From: the human T2T-CHM13v2.0 reference genome, Homo sapiens
Strand: one strand, 5' to 3'
Assembly (NCBI RefSeq): GCF_009914755.1
Contig: NC_060926.1
Length of the DNA: 64,000 bases
A program made the position numbers and the translations under genes. Under the pieces are notes generated by a model. The model worked only from the letters and a program-made list of their open reading frames with translations, was not told the DNA's origin and searched no databases. This document shows positions 14,001 through 27,583 of this stretch, piece after piece; position 1 is the first letter of the stretch; every line of letters begins with the position of its first letter.

Positions 14001-17000
14001 CTTTGGGTTTAATTGGCTCTTCTTTTTCTGGTTTCTTGTGGTGTACACTGAGGACATTGTTCTGAGACCATTCTTCCTTTCTAATACTGAGACTGAGACT
14101 CAATGCTCTAAATTTTTCCCTGAGCACTGTTTATCAGAATCCCATAACTTTTGACATTTCATTTTTATTCAGTTCAAACTACTTTCTATTTTCCATGTTG
14201 ATGTTTTAAAGCTTTGTTATTTATTTAATTTGAAGCTATTTGGAGATTTTCCAGTGACTTCTATTTTTCATTCCAATTTAGTTATTTTCAGACAAAAAAT
14301 TTTTTCACAATTTGAATCTTTAAGTTTATTGAGAATTGTTTTATGGAAAAACATATGGCCTAACTTGAAAAATGTTCCATGTACACATGAAAATAATGTG
14401 TATTCTGCTGTCGTTGGGTAGAGTGTTCCACCCATTTTAATTTTGTTAAGTTGGTTGATGGTTTTCATATCTTTAATAGCCTTTTTAATTCTGGCTACTT
14501 ATTCTATCAGTTACTGAAAGAGGTGTATTAAAATTTCCTACAATAATTATCTGTTTCTCCATACAATTCTATTAGGTTTTGCCTCATATATTTTGTTATT
14601 AGGTACGTAAATGTCGTAAACTAGCATGGTGTCTTAATGTATTCAGTCTTTCATCTTTATAAAGTGACTTTTACCTCTTTGCTCTAAAATCTCCTTTTTC
14701 TGATGTTAATATTGCCACTCCAGTTCTTTTCTCTTGGTCTAGTGTTATCATTACATATCTATATTTTTAAACTATTCTTTACCTTTTGTATTTATATGTG
14801 TATTTGTAACTAAAGTGGATTTTTTTTTTTTTTTGGTGGGGAGCTGTATTTATTTCCCAGGGCTGTCAGAACAAATATCCATAAATTGGGTGGATTAGAA
14901 CAACAAAAATTTATTCTCTCTAGAGAAGAACGTTTTCTTGCCACTCCCTGGCTGCTGGTCATTGCTGGCAGTCCTTGTCCTTCCCTGACTAGTAGCTACA
15001 TCATTCTCATTTCTGCCTCTGTCTTCATATGGCTGTCATTTCACTGTGTGCTTGTCTCTGGGTCTTCAAGTGGCCTTTTTATAAGGACACTGGTCATTGG
15101 ATGTAGGGCCTACCCCAATCCAATGTAACTTCATCTTAAATAATCACATCTGCAAAGACCCTGTTTCCAAATAAGGCCACATTCACATGTACTGGAGTTA
15201 AGGACATCAACATATCTTTTGGTGGGGGCAGAAGGGGCAATTCAACCCATAATAGTCTGCCTCTAGGCTCTCAAAATTTATATCCTTCCTATGTGCAAAA
15301 CTCATCCACCCCCGTCCTAACCTACACAAAATCTTAGCCCTTTTCAGTATCAACTCTAAGTTCAAAACCTCATATAATGTCATCAGTTTTTAAAAGCTCC
15401 ACTTCTCATTTTCTAAATCATCTAAATCAAGTCTGGATGAGAGTCTGGGTATGGCCTACTCTGCAGTAAAATTCTTCATGTGTGGAGCTGTGAAATTAGA
15501 GGATAAATTATATGCTTTCAAAATGCAAGGGTAGTAATAGCCATAGGATTGACACTTCCATTTTAAAGGAGAGAAATTGGAAGGAATAAAAGGGTCACAG
15601 ACCCCAAGATATTTGGAAATAAAGCAGAATAAATCCCATTAGTTTTCAAGGCCTGCAAATAACCCACTGTAGCTTGTCACTCTGCCCTCTGGGTCTACAG
15701 AAGCCTAATTCAGCTTCAGAATCTGCAACCCTAGAGGCCCCATCAGCCTCTTTGGTCTCAAGGCAAACTTGGAGTTATTCTTCCCTTTTCTTGAAGAATC
15801 ACACATGTTCACAACTCATTAGCTCTATTTGCCTTTTTGCTGCCTGTAGATCTCAGAAGTCTGAGAGACTCTCCTTCATTTCTTCTCATCTCTGTTCCAT
15901 CAGTCAAAGCTGGCAATGTCTTTTGTGCTATCACATTAAGTAGTGAATTCAACAGTTAAGCCATCTGGTCCTGGACTTTCCTTAGTTGGGAGATTTTATA
16001 TTACTAATTCAATGTTTTTGGTTGTTATAAGTTTGTTGAGAGTCTCTACTTGAGTCAGTTTAGTTATTTACATGTTTCTAGGAATTTTTTTATTTCATCT
16101 GGTTGTCTAATTTGTTGACATATAATTTTTCATAGTGTTTTATTGTAATCCTTTTTCTTCCAGTGGGGTAGGAAGTAATGTTTCTACTTTCATTTCTGAT
16201 TTTAGTTATTTGTGTCTCCTCTCTTTTTATCTTTTTTGTAAGTCCAGCTAGAGATTTGTCAATTTTCTTGTTCCTTTCAAAGACCAATTTTTGATCTCGT
16301 TGATTAAAAAAAAATTATAAGCAACAAAACAAATAAAAACAAAATAAAATGAAAGCCAGAGTGATAGTGAGAGTGAGGGCAAGGTGGGTGGGGGTACAGG
16401 GAAAATAACCACTTCTCCTGGTCTTTGCAGATTGGTTCTGTGTCAGGACCCTCCTCAACACTTAGACAGGTTTGCACTGGCTAGACAACAGCCCACGATG
16501 AAAACTCAAGGTCTTCTGAGGCCTTTGCTGAGCATGTGTCTTTTGGGTACACATGTAGCTTTCTGAATTTCTCAGCATACTTGTCTCCTTTTGTTAATTT
16601 CTAAAGAAACGCTCCCTAGCTTTCAGTTTTGACTTTAGGTAGTCTATTGTATGCTTTGACAGTCAGCTTTTGTCATAAGCATCTGAGGGTCCTTACTTTG
16701 GCTTGCAATGTTCCTGGCAATACTAGCTGCCTTTCCAGCCTGAGTTTCCAGTTTGGCAAAACAGAGATAAAGAACTTATGTCACTCCTACAGGTAGCCCT
16801 ACACAGGGCAGAACTGATAAACACAATATTTTCTAATAAGATCTTATTCTTTTCACTCCAGACCAATGGGAAAGGGTCCCACACTGGGAATGCAAGCTAT
16901 AGACACTTGAAGACCAAGACTGTTCAAAGAGGGTAAGGTGGCAGGTCGGGAGGAAGGGAGAGTACAAAGGTTTCCTAGCATTTTAAAGTACCATTTTCTT

Positions 17001-17540
17001 GATTCTGTATTTTTTTGATTACTATAATGTTTTACTGTATTCCTGAATTCTGACAAAGTTGGTTCTGACAATTTCTGCTTGTTTCCAATGTTTCTGTTGG
17101 GAGACGAAAGGTTGGAGCTTCCTCATCCATCATTTCGCACATGTCTAGGTCAGAAGTTTCCTGATTACTGTCTCTTCAAGTATTTCCTCTGCCTCATCCT
17201 GTCCCTGCCACCCTCTGAAGCTCTCATTACACTTCTGTTAGACATTTCATGTTTTATCTCAGATATCTGATGTTCTGTTTATTTCATTCTTTTTTGTCTT
17301 TGTATTTCATTTTCAACAGTTTTTATAGATGTGTTCTCAAGTTCATTGAACTTTCCTCTGCTTTGTAGAGTCAGTTGTTAAGAGCAGCTAATAAATTCTT
17401 CATTTATAATATTTTCCACTTCTAATATTTTCATCTGTCCTTTTTATTTCTATCTCTCTGCTGAAGTTTGCAATTTCTTCACCCATGTTGTCTACACATC
17501 CACTAGATCCTTCAGCATTTTAATTACAGTATTTCATTAT
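11060..17540 (-). mobile_element. Cluster of old L1M fragments with nested elements
   Basis: Long T-rich tract with recognisable antisense L1 3'UTR/ORF2-derived motifs; no intact ORF; boundaries approximate. Confidence 0.7.
14846..15930 (-). mobile_element. MLT1-type LTR (~14846-15254) plus MaLR internal fragment, nested in L1M
   Basis: tgtatttatttcccagggctgtc...aattcaacccataata matches a reverse MLT1 LTR; following sequence resembles MaLR internal region. Confidence 0.65.
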
Positions 17541-17879
17541 CCTGATTTTTAACAGGATGTGTTCCCTCTACAATTATTCTTTGTATTTAATGACTGAAGT
17601 TGGTTTTCCTGATTGTGACCTCTGGTGTTTTAAGGACTTTGGTTTTAATTTGTTGTCCAACTCTTGGCTTCAATTTGCTCTCCAGGGCTGACAGGTGTTC
17701 CCAAGCTCTGGCCTGGGACTCATGCTTAGTCAGTGAGATTCTTTTTATACAGCATGTAATGGAGCACAGCAAACCTTCTCTGATCTATATCCCCATCCCT
17801 CTCTCCGACACCCTTTTGAGACTGGTATAGGCCCCTTCATGTAGTAGGACACTTAGTTATGATGTCGCTACATTGAAAC

Positions 17880-18120
17880 ACAGTGAATAATAGTATAAGC
17901 CTTAGAATAGATGCACCTGCACTTAAATCCCATCTTCATCCTTTATAAGCTCTTTGATTTGGGGAAAACTCACTTCACTTTTTCAAGCCTTGGTTCCTTA
18001 AATTGTAGGTTAGACAGAAAATAATACACCTTGTAGAATCATTGTAAAGATTAAATAAAGAACAGGGGAACACAGTGCCTGACATTCATTAAGCAGTCAC
18101 TAAACTGTAATTGTTATTAT
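17880..18120. mobile_element. MIR
   Basis: Degenerate MIR motifs (aagccttggttccttaaattgta; aaagattaaataa; acacagtgcctgaca). Confidence 0.55.
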
Positions 18121-19599
18121 TTGCTTTATGACTCTAACCTCACTGAGCTTTAATTTCTTTATCTGAAAAATGATGGTTATGTTGTATAATAGTAACACAG
18201 TATCATGTGCCTTTCCCTATAAAATAACATGATAATTTTAATGACTAAAATTCAGAACACAATTTACAAATTAAAAAGTGTTCTTACACAGATCACATTT
18301 CCCCAGAAACTCAAAAGGCAGGTGTTGTGTTCCCTTCCTGTAGATGAGGAAGCTGATTCTAGGAGACTGCTACCAGGGTGGGTCATAAGCCAGTGTCTGT
18401 GTCTCTTTAATCCTGGTTCTGTGCTTTTTACATTGCATGAGTCTAAACTCTGCAGGGGGAACTCAACCGTTCCTATTCTTTAGGCCAATATACACATATG
18501 GTCTCATGATTTCCTTTCATTTCCCTTAATGCATTCTAAACGCTGCTGATTTGCTGTTTTATGGACTTCTTGGCTGTGTTTCTGAGTATTTTTCCATGCT
18601 GCATTTCATTTCATCATCTTCTGTCTCTATTTCCAAATGTAGCTATTTGTTCAGCCTGGTTTTGCTCTGTGAGGTGTTATTTACAATACTTACTAATTTA
18701 ATCTTTGTTCGGGGAAATCCAAGGAGCAATTGCATACTTCTGTGAATCATTGATAATTCAAGCCTGGAAAAATTCACCTAGCACTAGGATCCTGCTCTTT
18801 TTTTGTTCAGTGCCATATGTATATATAGTGCCATACGCATACATATGTACAGCCTTATTCCATTCTATACTGTAATTGATGTTATTTTGATTGTTTTGTA
18901 GCCCTTTGAAGCAGATCCCATTGCCTACAAAATGAAAATGGGTAAATATCATTCACAAAATGGTGATTGATTGCAAGCACGGTTTACCATACATCTAATA
19001 TGAACAGTAATGTATTCCCTAATCACAAATTCTGGATACAAACTCAGAAGCCAAAAATGTGTGACACTTAAAACTTGAGAAAGCCAAAACTAAAAGGGAA
19101 TTCACCCAGCCATTTTCCTGTTCCCAGCAGATGAAACATACACAGCAACCTGCAGTAAGTCACATATGATGCACGGCACATGTGGGCAGTCAGAGCCTAC
19201 CACCACACTGCCTGTCCCCAGACCTTTCTGGAAAGCATCCTTGTATTAACTCTGGATTTCATTCTAGCATTATTTATCTGACTGTTTCTTCATGTACATG
19301 GAGTTGGAGGCTTTGTTAAAAAATCCACTTAAAATACTAATTTTAACTACTTTCCCGGTGTGTAATGCATTTCTAGGATGCATTACTTAATGCAGTACAT
19401 CAATTAGATTATAGAATTTAACACCGGATTCAAATATATATTTATTTGGTTAGAATAGCAAGCAATTATAGGAAGAACTCAGCCTGAAGAAGGAGTTTTA
19501 GTTTCCCATTTCTGTGGTTGGCTACTACTAATAATATTATAGTTGCTATGATTTTAGAGTTTGACTAAATATCAGGCACTCTGCTATATAAATACTTGC

Positions 19600-19912
<313 letters not shown>

Positions 19913-19992
19913 TAATGGGTGCTGGTGAGGTTAAAATGAAATTATTTCTGTACAAGGCAACTGAATGGCTCTTGAGTAATCATAAAGAACAT

Positions 19993-20359
19993 TGTCATGG
20001 TTTAGATGCGTGTCTCCCCAAGCCTCATGTTGAAATGTGATCCCCAATGTTGGAGGTGGGATCTACTGGGAAGCATTAAGTTCACAGGGGCGGGTCCTTT
20101 ATGAAGGGCTTGGTGCCATCCTCACAATAATGAGTGAGTTCTCACTCTATTAGTTCCCATGAGAGCTGATTGTTAAAAATATCCTGGCATCTCCTGGTCA
20201 CACACAGGTTCCCCTTCACCTTCCAACATGAGTGGAAGCCTGAGGCTTTCACCTGACACCCAATCTTCCAGCCAGCAGAACTGTGAGCCAAATAAACATT
20301 TTTCCATAAATTACCCAACCTCAGGTATTCATTTATAGCAAAAGAAAGAGATGAAAACA
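19993..20359 (+). mobile_element. MaLR solo LTR (MSTB-like)
   Basis: tgtcatggtttagat...catgttgaaatgtgatccccaatgttggaggtggg...aattacccaacctcaggtattc. Confidence 0.8.
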
Positions 20360-21035
20360 GACATTAAATGTTATATATATTTTTTAAATTTTTGTTTAAG
20401 ATTTTTTTTTTACCAGTAACTGACAAGCTAATTTAGTATACACTGTTCACTTAATATGTTTTTCAGTCTTCATAACTTAGATCTTGTTGGATTTTCGGCC
20501 TCAAATATTCTTACTCTTTTCCATCAAGATGTCTGTAAATCTATTTAATCCTTCAAAGTATAATCCAAATCCTTCTATCCTTGAAGATTTTCAGATTTTT
20601 CCAAACAAGGTAATTTCTTTTTCCTCTGAATATTCATAGCTTTTAAATCTCTGCCATAGCAATTGTTTTCTACTTTAAATTGCCACTGGCTGCGTGCCTC
20701 TCTTATTTGCTCTTGTGAACTATGAGCCCCTCAAAGCCAGAACTTATGCTATATAAATATTTTTTCTCTCTCTCTGAATTAAAAAAACAGTACCATATGA
20801 CTCTCAGTAAATAGTTGATAGGCATTGCTGAATGATTTTCAATTTTATCTAATATCGGCAAGGGTTGCAGGACTGCAAAATATTTTTTCACTACTGGTTT
20901 TGAGAAAAGGTACAACGGATGAAGTGTTCAATGGCACTTCCTCAAAAACCTGTTGAAGTTCTATCATTTGGCAGTTGGCTAGGAATCATACAGGGCATTT
21001 ATCTTTGAAATCAGTGTTCTCTTTGTCTTGAAAAG

Positions 21036-21312
21036 GGTAGGCCTGTCATGCTGGCTCACGCCTCTAATCCCCGCACTTTGGGAGGCCAAGGGGGGCAAAT
21101 CACGAGGTCAGGAGATTGAGACCAGCCTGGCCAACATGGTGAAACCCTGTCTCTACTAAAAATACAAAAGTTAGCTGGGCATAGAGGCACACACCTGTAG
21201 TCCCAGCTACTTGGGAGGCTGAGGCAGGAGAATCGCTTGAACTAGGAGACGGAGCTTGCAGTGAGCCGAGATCGCACCCCTGCACTCCAGCCTGCCATCT
21301 CAAAAAAAAAAA
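21036..21312 (+). mobile_element. Alu (S-type) with small deletion near 3' end
   Basis: Alu body; ccagcctg is joined directly to ccatctcaaaa. Confidence 0.88.
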
Positions 21313-21562
21313 AGGGGGTCACATTAGGAATTTTTTTTTTTTTTGTAATGCTTATGTATAAGAAACCAGCTTGGAACTGAGAGGGAAGTGTTTTATTAGT
21401 CATGCAAATTGAGTTTATTAGCAAGATGGTGCCCCTGTAGAGTCAGGTAAATTTAGTGTGTGTTTGTTTATGTGTGTTTGGTATGGCTTTTGTGTTTTTC
21501 TCTACATTTGGATTTATAGTGCAGTCTCTAAAAAGTATTGCTTCTTTTGGGAAATGTGTCTC

Positions 21563-22290
21563 TGAAACTGCCTTTGAAGAATTATAGGTAATGAGATAAA
21601 TCTAATATGAATGACTCCACCTTGCTTCTAACCTCACAGACTATTTTTATTTTCTTAATCTAGCATGGAGGCCAAGATAACTATGAGAGAAATTTAGTTT
21701 TAGTTAAACTTTGAGGCTAGGGAAATTGCCCCTCCTCCTTGCTGGAAGATTGAAGCCAGATTCATAGGGCAATGTTAGAATTATGGCACAGGTTGTACTT
21801 TTCTAAAGAATAGGCATTGTTAAACCATAACCTGCCATGGCTTAGCTTGTTTTCCTGTAAGTTGTTTGCTGCCCCAAAGTCATGTAACTGGGCTTGGGTA
21901 GGTGGGGGGTGTTACTTCCCACCTACATCATCACCATAGACAACATCACCACTGAGATATTTTTCAGATTTAGCATTTCAGCAGACCAAGAGCTGCCACC
22001 AAGTTCTGAGACTCCCTCCCAAAAACTGACTCAGCTGCATGAAGGCTGTTTTAGACACCTCTGTGATTTCATCAGTTGTTTCAGTTTCCCAGCCCCCTGC
22101 TTGCCAAAGTACCCTAAAAAACCCACACCTTCAAATTCTCATGGAACGGTGGGTTTAAGAAGTTTCTCCCTGTTCTCTTCACTTGGCTGGCATTGTGATA
22201 TTAAACTCATTTCTTTGCTGTAATACCTGTTCTTCTCAGTACATTTGACTTTCTCGGCAGCAGGCTAGATGAACCTGTTGCACTATTACC
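21563..22290 (+). mobile_element. ERV1 solo LTR (LTR8-like, MER4 group)
   Basis: tgaaactgcctttg start, gactccaccttgcttctaacctc motif, aactgactcagc, attaaa near 3' end. Confidence 0.65.
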
Positions 22291-22794
22291 ACTCCTCTAT
22301 CCAAAATCCACCAGGGCAGTTATGGGTCAGAACTTTAGAAGATGACAGAAGGCGAAGGTCATCTTTACTTTGGATCCCAGAGGACAACAACTAACCAGTT
22401 AGCAGTGCCATTGCCACGCTGGTTTGTTCTATACTAACCCATAAGGAATGCTTTTCAGTGAAAAACCTAGGCTCTAAGAAAACAGTGATCAAATACTTTG
22501 TTTGCCTCCACTAGGTCAGAGAGTAAGGTGAGGCACACTTGGGGCCTGGGGTGAGAGATTGGCTATCGCCAGCTGTGCATTATAGAGAAGCACTTTGCCT
22601 GCAGAAGGAAGGGAGGCTTCTGTGTTGAGGAAAGTGCTATCAAGAAAATTAACTTAGAGTGTTTTCTGAGAATAAGCAAGAGGGAAAGCCAAATCATTTA
22701 TAGGGGAAAATATGGAAAAAGTTGAGGGGATTTAGAAATTTTCTAGGGATGGATAATCCCTCTTCCAAATGTGAAAATGGCCTTTGGCAACTTA

Positions 22795-22906
22795 GAAAAG
22801 CAACAGAATAGAATGATTTTTCAATTCAGAGTCAAGGATTGTGGCTAAGGTTCTCTCTCTTGGTTTTGGGAGGATGATGTCTGCAGGACAGAGGGAAAAA
22901 GTCAGA
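22795..22906 (+). repeat. Copy A of a short dispersed duplication (partner 23857-23958)
   Basis: Direct alignment with few substitutions and one 10-bp indel. Confidence 0.9.
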
Positions 22907-23856
22907 AAGCGGACATACCAGAACTGTGTGGCTTCAAGCTTATGGGTAGAACCATTGCTGCCAGTGCATCTAGGTATCTGCTTTTTCAACTGTGACCATA
23001 TATTTTGGTGTTATAATTATTTTCTTAAGAAACTATACGTTTTTATTGGGGCTTACTATGACCCCAGTATTTTATCTAGGTAGGTTATAACATTAAATAT
23101 AGTATTAGGCTCACTTTATTTTATTTTTTATTATTTTTTAAATTTGGGGGGTATATAATAGCTGTTAAAATTTGTTTTAAGTAGTGTTCCTCAACAGAGC
23201 CTAAAACGCAAGACAAAGTAAGTGAAATCTTAAATCTAATTGCTTCAGATATGTAAACATTTTATAGAAAATAAAAACAACAATAAAACAAATAAACAAC
23301 ATCACTACCACCCCCAACAAAACAACCAAACCAGCCAAAAGGATCAAGATCTTGTAAGATAAATGGACAGTTTTTTATATTCATACCTAGAGTGTCTGTG
23401 ATATTTAGTATTAATATTATTATCTTCCATTCAGCTTCGTTTAAATATCTTTCAACATAGTCTAATATTTCAATAAATGAATTATTTTTCTGGGAAAATA
23501 CCATGAAACATTGCATTCTGAGGCTCATCCAATTACATTCTGAGCAAGTATCATCTTACGGAAAAGAAACAAGTTCTATTATGCCATTGAGTTGAGCACT
23601 TCATATCCATTTTTTAATTCAGTCTCCTTAACAACCCTGCAAGGTTGTTGTTGTTAGCTTCATTTTATAGTTGGGGCAAGTGAAGCTTGATGACATTTGG
23701 TAACTTGTGCGAAGAGAACTAGAGTTCATAAATGGCCAAACTTATTCTAAAGCCAAGTCTATAGGCTTCCACAGTGCATTTCCTGAACCGCCATGCTAGA
23801 CACCCCCTGGGTAAGAGCGCTTCTAACTCCAAACTTCTGTGATCTGGAGAAGTTTG

Positions 23857-23958
23857 GAAAAGCAACAGAATAGAATGATTATTCAATTCAGAGACAAGGA
23901 TTGTGGCTCTCTTGGTTTTGGAAGGATGATGTCTACAGGACAGAGGAAAAAAGTCAGA
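23857..23958 (+). repeat. Copy B of a short dispersed duplication (partner 22795-22906)
   Basis: Direct alignment with few substitutions and one 10-bp indel. Confidence 0.9.
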
Positions 23959-25969
23959 GAAAAAAGTCCTGATAATGAGAATTGACAAAGCACTAAAAGA
24001 TTTTTCACCTTTAACCAAATTTTGTTCTATGTCCCTGGATCTTTCTTTAATTAATTATGAAACTTTTGATTGCTTAAGTATCATGTATAGTTTTGACTTT
24101 ATTTGAGAAATGTGCATTTTGGGTAAACTCATCTTGAGTATAATGATTGTTATGTTTACTAGATCTAAGAAATTAAAATATCTAAGTCTTTGTACACTAA
24201 AGAAGTACAGGATTATTTTTAAGAAAGCAACTCATATGTTTGGGAACATCTGTATACATCATTAATATTTTCTTTTGTTTGTAGATATTCATTATTATGT
24301 AGACACCACTCTGCTTTAAATCTTTGAAGATCAATTTTGAGAAATTTGATAGTGTTTGGAACAAACAGTATTCTGCTCAACTGGCATGAGTCAAAGGTCC
24401 ACATTACCCTTAGGAAAAAAAAAAAAATTATTGCTTTCTGTGAGGGGTTTTAAAGATGTGACATTTTTCAATATCTGCTTTATAACTTTTGATGATAAAA
24501 ACAAAATAATAAAAAATTACAGCAGAAAACATTCTTTGAAGGCTTATAATGTGTCAAGTTCTATTAAAAATGTTTTATATGCATATTTAAATTCATCCTC
24601 ATAGCATCCCCAAGAGATAGAGGCTATTAGAACCATTTTACAGTTGGGCCAAATTCAGTCAGCTCAGAAGTGACAGTTCTGGGAATTTTCTTCTCCAGAG
24701 CCCAAGATTTTAAACATTGAGCATATTTCCTTCTAAAGCATATTGCCAAATACTATAGAAGGACCGTGAATTATACCTTGTGATTCAGGCTACCATCTTG
24801 AAACTAAATTATGAGTGAAAACATTTTGTTTGGTTACATTTTTTATATTTAAAATACATTTGAAAAGAATTTGGAATGTGTTAAAGTCAGAGTCATATAT
24901 TGAGACCTCGTATCTGAATTGAATTACTTTAAACAAAGTGGAAAGAACTTTTTCCATCAATTTGAAAAGTAAAGTAAAAGACAGAAAGAAACAGAGAGAT
25001 TAAATGTTTTTCCCTTATTTTGTATATTGTGGGCAGTGCCATTTATCTTAGCTATGTTAATAAACACTGGATTTTCAGAAGGTTTATGCTTCATCCTTGC
25101 TTTATGCTGTAATGTAGCCACACAGAATGTCTCTTTATGTTGACTGAAGTTAATATATGCATCTTACCTTTTAATATTGCAACAACTATAGTCATAGTGG
25201 TGGAAAATAATAATGCTCTGTGTTCTGCACTATGGTGGATGTTTTATAAACAGTATCTGCAATTATTACAAACTCCTATTAGAGAGCTATGTCTAACCTT
25301 ATTTTACATGTAAGACATAGAAATTCGAAGTTCCCAGAATCAGTGAGTAGTAGATTTGAACTGAGTTTTAACACAACTCTAAAGCCCAAGCCTGGCCTCC
25401 TTCCGCTGCGCAATTCTCCTCCAGAGGGAAAGGCTAGCACCATCCCTAAGAGGGGCCGAAAGTCTTCTAAGGGCACCTGAACCATTGTGAAGAATTGTGT
25501 TAATAACCCAGTAATTCACACTTGTTCAAATTTTCAGACATTTCCTGGGATGCAGTCAAAACTTTTAGGAGTCTGAAGCCTGAGGCTGCCTGCTCTCTGC
25601 TGCTGATTATAGAGCTCTCTAGTTGATGAGTGGTGTCCTGGAGCTCCCTGGCCATACATACACAGTGCTCATGGGTCGACTGTATGGCACCAGCCTCTGC
25701 TGCTCTACCCTTTTCAGCCTTTTTTTCTGGAATGCATGCTGAGGTCCTCCTTGTGCCTTTGAAATTTTTATGAAGAGGGTGATTATTTTTGGTACAGCAA
25801 AATATGTAGAATTTGCACTTCTTAGGAATTAAACATCTCAATTTTTTTCCCCCAGAGAAAATAACTCTTGAGCAAGGGAACACTCATCTCACCGCTCAGA
25901 CTTTGAGGTGGCCCTACATGTATACAAGTTTGGGGGAACATGAGAATTCCAATTAAATTCTGGGAAATC

Positions 25970-26220
25970 CAGACATATATTCAACAAGTATTTATTATGT
26001 GCCAGGCGTTATTTTGAGTGCTAGAAATATAATGGCAAATAAAACGAAAAGAACCCTGATCCTGATGGAGTGTGCGTCTAATGAGAAAAATATACAATAA
26101 GGACATAAGCAAATAAATTCATAATATAGCATCAGAGGCGATAAACAGTAGAAGGAAAAGTACGTCAGTGTAAGGCACAGAGAGCTCCCGGGGGCAGAGT
26201 GTTTTCATTAGGTGGTCAGA
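25970..26220. mobile_element. L2 3' fragment
   Basis: attcaacaagtatttattatgtgccaggcgttattttgagtgctag motif typical of L2 ends. Confidence 0.55.
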
Positions 26221-26549
26221 GAATATCTTGTTTTTTTGTGAGCAGCTTCAGCCAAAGTAAGTAATCAAGAATTATACTTGAAACGATTGGTTTCCAGATG
26301 TTAAGTATAACAAATATTAAAATTCCTCGGTCTAACACCCTACTCATCTTCCAGCTGCTTTAATTAGAGTAGTTTCTATTTGTTCTACAAATAGGGCTTC
26401 CTTGTAAAATTTTCTTTGGAGATGGGTTTCATATCTGAGAGCACTGCCTCAGACCAAATAAATATTAACACAGGAGGAAGCTGAGCGTCAAAGGGAAGCA
26501 GTAACTTGGCCAAGGATGCCAGTGCTCCCAGTGGCCAAGGGAAACCCAG

Positions 26550-27340
26550 GCTGCGGTCCTCTCTGTCCAAGCTCTGTCCTCGGCCCTCAGGTCCTGGCCT
26601 CCAGCACTGAGAGCAACACAGAGTGCCTGTGAGGCGGTCTAACTTCTGCTGACTGGTGAAGGTGGATCCCCCAGCCCCAGGAAAAGTCAACCAGCAGCTT
26701 GAACAGCGCTTCCCTCGCGGAGGCTCAGCACTCAGCTCATCCCCCGCCATCGGGCTGTAATTCAGGTGCCAGCGTTGCTCCTCCAGCAGGAACATAAGCC
26801 CAAACTTAACAAATTCCTAAAGCAGAACAAAGAAAGTGTCAGAGGGGAATGGGCACGGAGCCTGTGGACCGCACTAGAATCTTCTAATTCTTAGGAATGC
26901 AGATCGCCCTGTGTAAGGGGCCGCTCAGAGCGCCCGAGGAGCGCCGGTGGCCTCCCTTGGATGCTTCGCTATTCATCCCACCTTCTGGAAGAGGCTATTC
27001 TTTTGTGGCTGTCTTGGTGTTTGGCTGAGTTGTTATTGAATTCCTCCCTGACTTCTTTTTTTTTTCCTTCGGAAGACAGAAGAAAAGAAGCCGGCAGTGG
27101 AAGTCTTCTCTGGGAAGCCTCCTCCTCCTGCATCTGGCTGCTCCCTTTGGGGCAGCCTGGTCCGCCTCTCTGGGCGCCAGGTGCGTCTGCAGCGCTCTCC
27201 TGGAGGCCGGCTGCAGGTTCATTAGTGCTCACAATAGGCACGCAGCGCAGGGGAATATGTAAAGAAAGTGGAGGACATCGGAGTGGCATTCAAAGCGGCA
27301 GGCGGGAGTAGGAGTTTCCCTAGCTTTTCTTCCTTTGTTT
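26550..27340. promoter_or_regulatory. GC/CpG-enriched non-repeat patch; candidate promoter or enhancer
   Basis: Many retained CpGs outside repeats (cagcgcttccctcgcgg, gagcgcccgaggagcgccgg) in an otherwise CpG-depleted window; followed by donor CAG|GTGCGT at 27180/27181. Confidence 0.6.
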
Positions 27341-27365
27341 CTAATCACCTTTTCTGTTTCTTCAG

Positions 27366-27583
27366 AGAGGATGCTAATAGAGTGAATACCTGGGCGTTCC
27401 AGGAGAAGAGTTAGTGGAGGTTTCAGAAAAGGAAATGCAATCTGGGACGAAAAATAGCTTTTCTTCCCCTTGGGGTGTGTGTGTGTAGTGTCTGAATGCT
27501 TTGCCACCGATGAGGCCGAGGACTAAAAGCAGGATAAAGGCTGTGATTGGCACAGAAGACCCCTGGTGAAATTTCTGGCTCAG
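27366..27583 (+). ncRNA. Predicted non-coding internal exon
   Basis: Branch-like ctaat at 27341, pyrimidine tract and cag acceptor at 27365; donor cag|gtacta at 27583. Motif-only prediction. Confidence 0.3.

Noticed and set aside
15940-16305. Similarity to 13370-13700 suggesting another local duplication
   Set aside because: Low identity; better explained as two old L1 copies covering the same consensus interval
26520-26537. CTCF-like motif cagtgctcccagtggcca
   Set aside because: One base short of the consensus core spacing
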